Assembly (NCBI GenBank): GCA_003136595.1
Contig: PLEY01000006.1
Span: 40,169-104,168 of the forward strand
Source of the DNA: Burkholderiales bacterium
Lineage (GTDB): Bacteria; Pseudomonadota; Gammaproteobacteria; Burkholderiales; Burkholderiaceae_D
DNA length: 64,000 nt
Reading direction: 5' to 3'
The translations under genes were made by a program, and so were the position numbers. Under the pieces are notes generated by a model. The model worked only from the letters and a program-made list of their open reading frames with translations, had not been told where the DNA came from and did no database searches. Below are positions 21,853 to 30,732 of this stretch, in pieces; within the stretch, counting starts at the first letter, position 1; every line of letters starts with the position of its first letter.

Positions 21853-23586
21853 TTACTCGGAATAGTTTTCCGCGAGGCGGGTCACGAATTCGTCGACAAA
21901 GACCTGCATATCCGTGGTCAGTTCCTTGATTTTGCTGGCGAGATAGTTGTAGCCAAACAGCGATGGGATCGCAACGCCCAGTCCGGCAACGGTTGCCACA
22001 AGTGCGGCGGCAATCCCCGGGGCGATCGCGTTCACGTTGACATCACCGGCTGCCGCGATCGCCGCGAAGGTGATCATGACACCGACCACAGTTCCCAGAA
22101 GTCCAAGGAATGGCCCCCCTGCGATGGCGATCGTCAGAAGCACCATCTGGGCGTTCAACTTCTGCAGTTCCCGCATCAGGCTCGCATCGAGGGACGCTCG
22201 AATGGCGCTGATCGACTGGGGAGTCAGGGTCAGGGCGCGGCCCTTTTCCCGATAGACCGCGAAGCGCTTTTTCAATTCGACCGTCCCGACCGAATAGATC
22301 CGGAACATCGAGGAAACATCACGGACCTTCTTGTGTTTTGCAGCCCTTGCCTCATACAGCTTCGTCAGATCGACTCCCATCTCGTCAAATTCTTCCTTGA
22401 ACGAGGCGTTGGCGCGCGCTGTCTTCGTCACGAAGATCGCTTTCGTCACCATGACGAAGAGGCTGATGATCATCATGACCATCAGAATGCCGATCACGAC
22501 CCAGCCGTCCAGAGTGACTGAACCCAGCAGAATCTTGAAGTAGGACGTTCCGCCGCTCTCATCACCGCCTTCTGCCTGCCCGTAGGTCGTCAGCTTCTGA
22601 TCGACTCCCTGACCCAGCGCGGCAATCCGAATCCAGTCGGGACTCCGTTCTGAATCCGCGAGCTCAAATTCGTCGAGGTCGCCCTTGAATCCCTGGCCGA
22701 CCGTCACCGTGCCGGACATGGCGGGCGCCGCTGCGGTGACGCGCCCAACTTCCTGTCCGTCGACATAGGCGATGGCATTGTCCTTGACAACCAGCGCCAC
22801 GTGGTGCCATGCCCCGGCCGTGACGGCGCCACCGGCCGCCGTCACGCTGCCATTGACTTGGGCGACGATCTTGTCGCCCTGCAAGAGCAGACTGATCGAA
22901 TTGGCGCCGTCTAGCTGTTTGAAGAGAACGGCGTTCTGGCCGGCACCATCGGGCTTAATCCACATGGATGCCGTAAGGCCATTCGCTGCGACCTTGATTG
23001 ACGCGGACGCCGGGATGGAAAGGGTGTCGTTGCCACTCAATGTCAGGCCAGTATCGATCAGGCTGCTCGGATTGGAAGTGCCCGCGCTGGCGGATGCGTT
23101 GTTCCCGTAGGCCGTCGAGTCCTTCGGCGGGCCGCTCGACTCGTCAAAGTGATAGACCACTGCCTGGGCACTGTCATAGCTGGTCTTGGAATCTCCTGCG
23201 GCAGCCGCCTTGGGATTGTTGTAATACAGCCAGAAGTAGCCGTTCTTGTTGCCCGGCGCGATCTTCGGCACCGTCACCCACACGAACGCGAGCTCAGTGA
23301 CACTGTCGTAATGCTCGATATGGAATTTGAGGGGCGTCTTGTCGTCGTCGGCAATGAAGCGGATATCCGAGCCGTCTGGTTTTGCATCACCAAAGGCGAA
23401 GTTACCGGTATGCAGCCTCACCAAGACCTGCGCGCCCTCGACCGGTGCCGCGGTCGAGACGCCATCGGCCGAGGTATTGAGGGTGACCTTGATCCGGCTC
23501 GCCCAATCGGAGTTCCAGTTTGCTTGCGAGGAGCCAAACAGCAGGAGCCCGCATAGAAATAGAACGATCCGGAGGTTTTTGTTCAT
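21853..23586 (-). CDS. MotA/TolQ/ExbB proton-channel protein fused to N-terminal periplasmic DUF2341 and LamG (concanavalin-like) domains
   Basis: 577 aa with a signal peptide. DUF2341-like block (WASRIKVTLN...DGSDIRFIADDDKTPLKFHIEHYD...AFVWVTVPKI...LYYNN). LamG-like block (LTLSGNDTLSIP...LTASMWIKP...WHHVALVV...AYVDG...GDLDEFELADSERSPDWI). C-terminal MotA_ExbB helices (LGLLGTVVGVMITFAAI...PGIAAALVATVAGL). Confidence 0.85.
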   Translation of the reverse strand: MNKNLRIVLFLCGLLLFGSSQANWNSDWASRIKVTLNTSADGVSTAAPVEGAQVLVRLHTGNFAFGDAKPDGSDIRFIADDDKTPLKFHIEHYDSVTELAFVWVTVPKIAPGNKNGYFWLYYNNPKAAAAGDSKTSYDSAQAVVYHFDESSGPPKDSTAYGNNASASAGTSNPSSLIDTGLTLSGNDTLSIPASASIKVAANGLTASMWIKPDGAGQNAVLFKQLDGANSISLLLQGDKIVAQVNGSVTAAGGAVTAGAWHHVALVVKDNAIAYVDGQEVGRVTAAAPAMSGTVTVGQGFKGDLDEFELADSERSPDWIRIAALGQGVDQKLTTYGQAEGGDESGGTSYFKILLGSVTLDGWVVIGILMVMMIISLFVMVTKAIFVTKTARANASFKEEFDEMGVDLTKLYEARAAKHKKVRDVSSMFRIYSVGTVELKKRFAVYREKGRALTLTPQSISAIRASLDASLMRELQKLNAQMVLLTIAIAGGPFLGLLGTVVGVMITFAAIAAAGDVNVNAIAPGIAAALVATVAGLGVAIPSLFGYNYLASKIKELTTDMQVFVDEFVTRLAENYSE

Positions 23587-23634
23587 AGGGGAATGGATGG
23601 GCCGCCGCGGGCGCGCAGGGAATTACCGCAGAGC

Positions 23635-23650
23635 AGCAATGATGAGTCCG
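23635..23650 (-). promoter_or_regulatory. weak sigma-54 (-24/-12)-like element upstream of the exbB-led operon
   Basis: Minus strand reads cGGactcatcaTTGCt, so the GG-N10-GC spacing is correct and the -12 TTGC is perfect. The -24 half is poor. About 50 nt upstream of the ATG at 23586. Confidence 0.3.
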
Positions 23651-23909
23651 GTTTGTTTCAGGATCGTGTAACCCCGTCTACATCAGAGAATTCCTCGGGT
23701 CTTATCGGTGCCTTCCCTGGTCGGATAGCCGCGCCGGAGCGATCGAGAGTGCTCCCAGGTCGCTCAGTTGGGATTTGTGGCGAGGACAGTGGCCTTCAGG
23801 GCGACGATTTCCGAAAACCGGGACCGCACAGCCACGCGAGCCCGGCTTCGCCGGGGAGGGGTAAAGCCGCGCCCGGGAGACGCCTCCGGCAGTCAGCCGG
23901 GCGCTCAGA

Positions 23910-25538
23910 CTAAAGGGCGAGAATGGCCGCCTTCAGATTGGTCGCGATCTTCTCGCCAAGATAGACACATCCCGCCACCGTCGGATGGACACCATCTGCG
24001 GAGATGTAGATATCGCCGTTTCCGTCCCCCTTGGGATCTCCGACGTTCCCGGTCCCGGTTTGCCACGGACCCTCCGCTCCATTGCCGCTCGCTCCCGAAC
24101 TGTTCGTCCAGCCTCCGTTTAGGTTGTCGAGCATGACCCAAGGACCACCGACGGCTTCTAGCGCCGCCTTTATCGTGAGGAGCTTCGACTCGGCCACCGG
24201 TGAAGTCGGGATCGATTGAACCGGCGCCCAGGGACCGAGGGCTGCCAATACTGCATACGGCAACGCCGCGCGGAGGTTGTTGAAATACTCCGATACCGCG
24301 TTGTCGAAGGCGGCGAGCGCCTCGGCTCCGGTCGCATAGAGGGGGGGGGCCGCAATCGAATTGTCGTCGTTCAGGCTGCCTGCCGTGAGGAAGAGGTCGG
24401 AGCCAAACGGTGTGCTTGTAGCGAGCCTTGCGACAAAGTCATTGCCGGGGTTACGTGTGTCCGAATTCGTGTTGTTGGGGGCATAGCCTGTGCCGCCGAT
24501 TGCGTTGTGGTCGATGTGGGGCAGGCCGAGTAATGCAGCGGCCTCCCAATACGGACCGCTGCTCCCCCAGTTCTGGCTGACCGATTGTCCGTAGGAGTCG
24601 GACATGACGCTAAAGGAAGGCTCAGCAGATCGATCCCACGGCACGATTGTGTCCTGTGGACCGATGGCCAGCGCGCAGGGCCCCTGAGAGTCAGTAGCGT
24701 AAAGGGATATATGGCGTGTGGCTTGTGATCCGAAGTCGAAACTCACGTAAGCATTCACCGATGCCAGCGGCGCTCCGACGACTCCTCCTGTGATAGTCGT
24801 TGTGATGAACTGCGGTGCAGCGTACTGTCCATCCGCGATCAGGGTAATCTGCAGATTGGTCCCTGCGAAGAGGACTTCGAACGCTTGACCGGTAAAAATG
24901 AAGTGCATTCCGCACACGCCGTTGGAGTTCTCCGTTGCACCGGTATGATCGATGCTCACAGGGACAAACCAGCTCTGGTCCGACGGCAGAGTGCCGAAAA
25001 ATCCCGCGGGCTGTTCGACCCAGAGATCGCGCCGGTAGCCCCAGATCTGCGGCAAGGTCGCGAGACTCACGGGATTGGGGTTCACCGCGGCGCCCATGGG
25101 TGCTGGAAGAATCTGTGCCGTGGGACCGCTGAGCGGATCTCCCTGGTTCGAGGCGGCCTCCTGCGCGACCGTCACCGTGCTCGGACTGACAGTGAGCGGA
25201 GTCCACGTATTGAATGTCGCCTGCAGCTTGATGACCGCCGGGCTGACCACTGCCGGCGGGGATGCGGGCGCCGGTGGGGACGAGGGCGCAGGCGCTGGTG
25301 CGGGCTTCACGGACGTCCCCCCCGCCGTCGCATCCGAGGCGCTACTTGACCCCGAGCCGCCACCGCAAGCGCTGATGAGCGAACTCGTTCCGGCCAGAAC
25401 GCCTAGTGCTCCGAGGCGGGCCAGAGCCCCTCTGCGCGAAGCGAAGCTCTTCAGGGAATCGAGAGAGTCTCTCCGCTCGCTTCGTGGCCCCGATTTCGGC
25501 GCGTTGACGTCGTCGATTCGGTCGTCCTGTTCCCGCAT
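23910..25538 (-). CDS. Tat-signal lipoprotein with a C-terminal SGNH/GDSL-type hydrolase domain
   Basis: N-terminus SRRGALARLGALGVLAGTSSLISAC (twin-Arg plus lipobox), then a PAPAPAPSSPPAPASPP linker. Block-I-like motif VMSDSYG and block-V-like motif SADGVHPT lie near the C-terminus. Confidence 0.7.
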   Translation of the reverse strand: MREQDDRIDDVNAPKSGPRSERRDSLDSLKSFASRRGALARLGALGVLAGTSSLISACGGGSGSSSASDATAGGTSVKPAPAPAPSSPPAPASPPAVVSPAVIKLQATFNTWTPLTVSPSTVTVAQEAASNQGDPLSGPTAQILPAPMGAAVNPNPVSLATLPQIWGYRRDLWVEQPAGFFGTLPSDQSWFVPVSIDHTGATENSNGVCGMHFIFTGQAFEVLFAGTNLQITLIADGQYAAPQFITTTITGGVVGAPLASVNAYVSFDFGSQATRHISLYATDSQGPCALAIGPQDTIVPWDRSAEPSFSVMSDSYGQSVSQNWGSSGPYWEAAALLGLPHIDHNAIGGTGYAPNNTNSDTRNPGNDFVARLATSTPFGSDLFLTAGSLNDDNSIAAPPLYATGAEALAAFDNAVSEYFNNLRAALPYAVLAALGPWAPVQSIPTSPVAESKLLTIKAALEAVGGPWVMLDNLNGGWTNSSGASGNGAEGPWQTGTGNVGDPKGDGNGDIYISADGVHPTVAGCVYLGEKIATNLKAAILAL

Positions 25539-26259
25539 TCCGGAATCCTTCCAGCGAAATAAATGACCCGTCGCTAAACGCCTTACGGCGCTATAGCGGG
25601 GATTCCAGTCTTAGCGACCCGCCAGCAGGAGCAGCGAGGCGACGACGAGTTATCGCGGACTCCAGAGCGGCATCTTGAAGCGTAAGCTCTCGGCCGCGGA
25701 TCCCGCCCTTCGGGCCCGACTTCGCTTACCTTCAACACCTTACTGCTCCGAATCGCACGGAGTTGCTTCGCTTTCTCTTCATCGGCAGCGCTCTACGCGA
25801 CCATGTGTCGAGGGTGCCCGAATAGACCGCAATGAACCATCACACGAAGGGGCCCCCATTCATTCCCATCCTGAAGGCGGTCCGGACGGAGCGCGCCGAG
25901 CGAATATATTGAGATGCTCGAGATGGCTGAACGCGAGACCGCGCTTCTGGCATCGTGGCTCCTTTGTCGTGCTGGTCGGTGGCGTGACGGGCGAGAGCAT
26001 CCGGCGGGTCGTCTGGTCAGGGGTACCCGCAGTCAGCCCCTTGCCATCACTCGACTTAACGGTGCAGCGCCCGGTCCCTTTGACTTGCGCCCGCAACCGG
26101 GAATGCACCAAGTCAGCGAAGCTACCGAATCAATGTTTCAGTCGTAAGACGGGTCACGCAGTCGAGGCACGACTGGCAACATATCCTTGACACAATCGCG
26201 CAATATGCTTGGGACTCGATAATTTCCGGTTCCCTTTGCGTCGGTCTTCGAAAATATCC

Positions 26260-27336
26260 ATGCGCAAAACCATACTGATCCTGAGAATCGGGAGCCTCGG
26301 GGACACCGTGGTGGCGCTGCCGGCGTTCCATCATGTGCGACGGTCCGAGCCCGACACCCGAATAGTCCTGCTGACGAATCTCCCAGCCGACGGCGGCGTA
26401 AAGGCTGCTTCAAGCTATCAGGTGCTGGCCGGATCCGGCCTGATCGACGCTTACGCCGAGTACCGTACCCCCCGTTCCCTGGCCGATGTCTGGTCGCTGT
26501 TTCACCAACTCCGAGAATTTCGTCCGCGCCGGATCTACTATTTAATGCCGCAGCGGACCTTTGCGCAGCGGCTTCGCGATCGGCTCTTCTTCTTGCTTGC
26601 GGGTGTCGTCGATGTCCAGGGACTGTCCTTGTCCAAACGTTTCGAGAAGCGCGGGTACCTAGGCCACCTCGAGCGCTGGGAACCTGAAAGCCTGAGACTG
26701 CTGCGCATGGCGGGCGGCAGGGACACTGAATTGATCCAGGAGAATTTTTCCCTCAATCTCACGCTTGCCGAGAGGGGGCGTGCCAGCCAAGTTCTGGCTC
26801 CGCTGGCCGGAAATCCCTATCTGGTGGTCAGCCTCGGAACCAAACTGCCGGTGAAGGACTGGGGTGATGACTATTGGCTCACCGCGCTTAGGCATCTTGG
26901 CGAGGGACTATTGGGCACGGGCCTCGTCTTGATCGGTTCTGCGGACGAGTCGGAACGGTGCGCACGGCTCGCCCGTGCCTGGCGTGGTGCGGTAATCAAC
27001 CTGTGCGGGCAACTGACGCCTCGCGAGAGCGGCGCCGTGGCCGCCTCTGCCGTGGCCTTTCTCGGTCACGACAGCGGTCCGGCCCACCTGGCGGCGGCCG
27101 TCGGCGCGAAAGTAATCACCATATTTTCGTCGCGCAACCTTGCAGGAGTCTGGTTTCCCTTTGGCAACGAGGACCACGTCTTCTATGAACGGACCGACTG
27201 CGCCAATTGCGGGTTGGACGAGTGTGTGGCGGAAAAAATGCGCTGCATTCGGAGTATCACGCCCGAGCAGGTCGTCAAGAAAACACTCTCTGTCGCTGCC
27301 TTGGCCAGTGAGTGTTCCGGCGCGCACTGGGGTTGA
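26260..27336 (+). CDS. glycosyltransferase family 9 (heptosyltransferase-like)
   Basis: N-terminus ILILRIGSLGDTVVALPAFHHVRR. C-terminal LGHDSGPAHLAAAVG motif typical of GT9. Start set at the ATG at 26260. Confidence 0.82.
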   Translation: MRKTILILRIGSLGDTVVALPAFHHVRRSEPDTRIVLLTNLPADGGVKAASSYQVLAGSGLIDAYAEYRTPRSLADVWSLFHQLREFRPRRIYYLMPQRTFAQRLRDRLFFLLAGVVDVQGLSLSKRFEKRGYLGHLERWEPESLRLLRMAGGRDTELIQENFSLNLTLAERGRASQVLAPLAGNPYLVVSLGTKLPVKDWGDDYWLTALRHLGEGLLGTGLVLIGSADESERCARLARAWRGAVINLCGQLTPRESGAVAASAVAFLGHDSGPAHLAAAVGAKVITIFSSRNLAGVWFPFGNEDHVFYERTDCANCGLDECVAEKMRCIRSITPEQVVKKTLSVAALASECSGAHWG

Positions 27337-27343
27337 AGGCGAG

Positions 27344-28444
27344 ATGAGCCGGTTACCTCAGACCCCAGCATTTCCGCACATCGTGCAGATCGTCGCCAAT
27401 GTCGAGGGGGGGGTACTGGACTATGTGCGTCGCTTCGATAGGGAGTTCAAGCGGCGCGGGGCGCTCACCGAGACGCTGCTCATACCAACATCTCGTGGCC
27501 CTGGTTACCGGCTTGCGGACGAAATTGGCATACGGCTCCAGGGCAGAGGACTCATGCCGGCGGTCATCCTCCATTTTTCGGGATACGGGCTCGCCAAGAG
27601 GGGGCTTTGCTTCTGGCTCCTCGACGAAATGGCTGCCGTGCGCGGTCTTTTGGGGGGGCGATTGCGTGTTTGCGTGATCTTTCACGAACTTTTTGCCTTC
27701 GGGCCACCGTGGAAGAGTGCCTTCTGGTTATCACCCGTTCAACGCCTGATTGCGGCTCGCCTAGTGCGTCTGGCGACCATCAGCTGGACCACTACGGCCA
27801 AGCACGCGCACTGGCTCCGTGTGCATGCACGGGCTGCGCTCCCGGTCCTTGCGCGGCCGGTCTTCTCGACGATCGGCGAACCCTTGGCTGTCAAGCCGTT
27901 GCGCGAACGGACGCGGCGCATGGTGGTCTTTGGCAGCCACCCGACGCGACAGCGGGCCTATCGCCTGATTGAGCGCCTGCAGCCGACCCTGGCCTCGATC
28001 GATCCCACTGAGGTGGTTGAGGTCGGGTCGGGCGCCAGTTGCGGCCTTGACTGGGGAGGTCTGCCCGCAAGGTTTCTGGGCAAGCTGTCCGACGAGAATC
28101 TCTCCGAACTTCTCCTCGATTCGACCTTTGCGCTCATCGACTACCCGGCGGACTATCTTGCCAAGTCAAGCGTATTCGCAGCGTATGCGGTCCACGGCTG
28201 TGTCACCGTGAATACAAGCGCTCAGCACGCGAACCAGGACGGGCTCGCCCAAGGTCAGCACTACCTGAGCGAACCTGTCGCCCATCTCGAGCGCGACGCG
28301 TTCCTGGCTTCGGTGGCGGCCCAAGCCCAGCAGTGGTATGGCCCACATCGGTTTGCCCTGCAGGTCGAAGAATTGCTCGGTTTCGCCGGTGGCACGTTCT
28401 CCGAGGACGCGCTTAGCAGCCGAGCATCGGTCGTCCCGGGCTAG
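27344..28444 (+). CDS. putative divergent GT-B-fold glycosyltransferase (function uncertain)
   Basis: 366 aa. Start ATG at 27344 lies 8 nt after the GT9 stop. The two-domain Rossmann-like pattern is only loosely GT4-like, and no strong motif was found. Confidence 0.5.
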   Translation: MSRLPQTPAFPHIVQIVANVEGGVLDYVRRFDREFKRRGALTETLLIPTSRGPGYRLADEIGIRLQGRGLMPAVILHFSGYGLAKRGLCFWLLDEMAAVRGLLGGRLRVCVIFHELFAFGPPWKSAFWLSPVQRLIAARLVRLATISWTTTAKHAHWLRVHARAALPVLARPVFSTIGEPLAVKPLRERTRRMVVFGSHPTRQRAYRLIERLQPTLASIDPTEVVEVGSGASCGLDWGGLPARFLGKLSDENLSELLLDSTFALIDYPADYLAKSSVFAAYAVHGCVTVNTSAQHANQDGLAQGQHYLSEPVAHLERDAFLASVAAQAQQWYGPHRFALQVEELLGFAGGTFSEDALSSRASVVPG

Positions 28445-30728
28445 CGGGCCGGTCGATCCAGATCCGGGAGCCGTCGCGCTCGCGCGTCTCGACCTGACGG
28501 AACTCCACGCCTAGGGAGGAGCCGATGAAGACTCCATCGCGTATCGCCCCTGGCCGTGCCGTACCGCTGATGGTGCTGTTCCATGCCGAAAGCGCCTGCC
28601 GCCCCGAATTGACGACCAGATAGCCGCCGTTCTGCGCGAACTCGGTATCAATGAACAGAACTCCCATGCCTCCCGCAAGGCTACTGGTCACCACAGCCGG
28701 ACCTCTGCCACGCCATAGGCACCCGACCTGGTAGAAATAGTACGTGCTGGTTTTCCCGTCGTCGAGGGTCTGAATCGCGGTCGGGCCGGCCACGTCCTCG
28801 AACAGACAGTTCGACCAGAGCAGGTTGTTGCCCGAGCGAGTCTTCGAGACCGCACCGACTCGCTTGAACAGGGAATTCGTCCAAAGTTGGCCACCCGATG
28901 CGCGATCTGCAGTCCAAAACCAGACCGCATCGTCAATGTCAACGAACTGACAGTCTAGGAAGTGCTGCTTGTCCGCGTAGGTCATCCGTTCCCCCGAGCC
29001 ACTGCCGAGGCCGCGAAACGCGACCGGGACGCCGGAGAAATCGACCTGGTACCAAAAGTTCGAATCAAAGCCGAAGATATGCTCCGCGCTGATCCCTGCA
29101 ACACGTTGCCCCAGAAAATTAAGATCAGTGAACGTGCTCCAAGCAATCAGACCCGCGCCGCCCAGATTACCCGGCGAGTCGGTGAACGAGAGTCCGTGCG
29201 ACCCACCGCTCAAGGTGAAGCCTGAGAGATGGAGCCGGGCAGCCGGTCCGCCACGCTGCAGCGGTGATCCGAAGTCACCCCGTCCCTCGAAGAGCGGAAA
29301 GTCGCCTTGCGCGACCAGTACGGCGTTGACTCGGCCGGGCCCCAAGAGTCCTTCGGGCCGGAGCGCACTGCCGATCTTTAGCGGCCGCTCAAGGAGATAA
29401 ATGCCGCAGGCGAGCCTGGCAATCCCATGGCGATCGATTTCGGCCTGTATGGCCTCGCTTGCATGCGGGTAAGTAGCCAGGCCCTTGGCGACGGCGCAAG
29501 CTGACCCAGGCCCGAGAATTCTCTGCTGCGGCCGGACGCGCCGGCGTGCCCCCGGCAACTCCTTCAGGCCTTCTCCCAAAAGTGTGGCGGCCAGCACGCG
29601 GTCCAGGTCCACAGCGGACGGATGGGAAGGAGCCTGGCGCGAGGCGGCGGCGGGTTGTGATGCTCCGTTGGGATCCAGAATTCGGACACGCGCGGCATCG
29701 GGGGGGAGTCGTGCATCGGTCCAGGCCATGGCGCCGGATCCCTGGAGGAAGACTGCGTTTTTCACGTCCCGGCAGACGACGTCGGCGCCATCGCGGGCTC
29801 CGCCACTGCCATGCGCAAACCATGAAACGAGGTTCTCGATGTTCTGGAAGCTTCCCAGAGCACCGGCCAGATCGGGTAGACTCGAACCCCCTGAGAATCC
29901 CACGCTCACGAGTCGCGTCGCGCCCGTTAGTTCGAACGCATGGCCTGACCCGGTACCGTGCATATTCCAGGTCTCACAGTCCCATCCGACCAAACACAGG
30001 TCTCCTACATCGCGCCACACGGAAGAAAATTCCGGGGTGATCGACGCAAAGCCCAGCAGCACGTTTCCCCCGCTTGGCTCCATGAGATTACCGTGCCAGC
30101 GGATATGAGGCCCGGGCCAGTAACCAATCAGTCTCGTAAAAACCGAGTTCCGGACGTAGCCGCCCGACCCCTGACGGATATCGAGACCGCCAAATTCGGC
30201 GAGCGAGAGCCGATTGATCCTAACGCCGGCGTCGATCTGCACCAGGATATTCGTCGTCGGACCGCCACTGCCACCAATGATCTCGATGTCCTCGATCGGC
30301 CCGCTCCCCGTGAAAATGATATCGGGGGAGGCGGGGGCATCATGCCGAACCAGCGCGATGAACACGTCCGACGTGCCGCCGAGGATAAGGAGCCGAGGCA
30401 CACGCGTGTTGGCCCCACCGACGATGCGCTGCCCCGATGAGACCGTCAAGGTCGGAAGCGCCAGGGAGCGATAGTCGGCATTGCTCTCGAGGATCAGCGA
30501 GCCATGCTGGTCGAGCAGGCTCTGGAGCGCAGTCCGATCTTCGACGGCGACGCGAAAGCCGCCTTGCGCAGCACCGGGGCCCGCATTGGGCGCCACGCCC
30601 GGCCCTGTCGCTGCGACCGGGTCACCCGCATTCCCCCCAGCGATCCGGGCTCGACCCGGGTGTCGTGTTGCCACGCCCACCGCACTTGCGAGAAGAAGCG
30701 AAAGGGAGTCCCTGCGCGATACCGTCAC
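28413..30728 (-). CDS. Tat-exported protein with two right-handed beta-helix modules (candidate polysaccharide hydrolase, lyase or modifier)
   Basis: A GTG at 30728 gives VTVSRRDSLSLLLASAVGVA (twin-Arg signal), 4 nt after the upstream GT4 stop. Two roughly 330-aa halves are each rich in short G/N/S/V turns (e.g. NSVFTRL, NCLFEDV, TEFAQNGG). The track ORF extends to 30932, but that N-terminus overlaps the GT4 gene. Confidence 0.65.
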   Translation of the reverse strand: MTVSRRDSLSLLLASAVGVATRHPGRARIAGGNAGDPVAATGPGVAPNAGPGAAQGGFRVAVEDRTALQSLLDQHGSLILESNADYRSLALPTLTVSSGQRIVGGANTRVPRLLILGGTSDVFIALVRHDAPASPDIIFTGSGPIEDIEIIGGSGGPTTNILVQIDAGVRINRLSLAEFGGLDIRQGSGGYVRNSVFTRLIGYWPGPHIRWHGNLMEPSGGNVLLGFASITPEFSSVWRDVGDLCLVGWDCETWNMHGTGSGHAFELTGATRLVSVGFSGGSSLPDLAGALGSFQNIENLVSWFAHGSGGARDGADVVCRDVKNAVFLQGSGAMAWTDARLPPDAARVRILDPNGASQPAAASRQAPSHPSAVDLDRVLAATLLGEGLKELPGARRRVRPQQRILGPGSACAVAKGLATYPHASEAIQAEIDRHGIARLACGIYLLERPLKIGSALRPEGLLGPGRVNAVLVAQGDFPLFEGRGDFGSPLQRGGPAARLHLSGFTLSGGSHGLSFTDSPGNLGGAGLIAWSTFTDLNFLGQRVAGISAEHIFGFDSNFWYQVDFSGVPVAFRGLGSGSGERMTYADKQHFLDCQFVDIDDAVWFWTADRASGGQLWTNSLFKRVGAVSKTRSGNNLLWSNCLFEDVAGPTAIQTLDDGKTSTYYFYQVGCLWRGRGPAVVTSSLAGGMGVLFIDTEFAQNGGYLVVNSGRQALSAWNSTISGTARPGAIRDGVFIGSSLGVEFRQVETRERDGSRIWIDRPASPGRPMLGC

Positions 30729-30732
30729 GGGA

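Noticed and set aside
19144-22521. Plus-strand ORFs 19144-19959, 20735-21613 and 21385-22521
   Set aside because: All are antisense to the porin, TonB, ExbD and ExbB genes, which have signal peptides, TM segments or family motifs. The plus-strand translations are low-complexity and rich in R, G and D.
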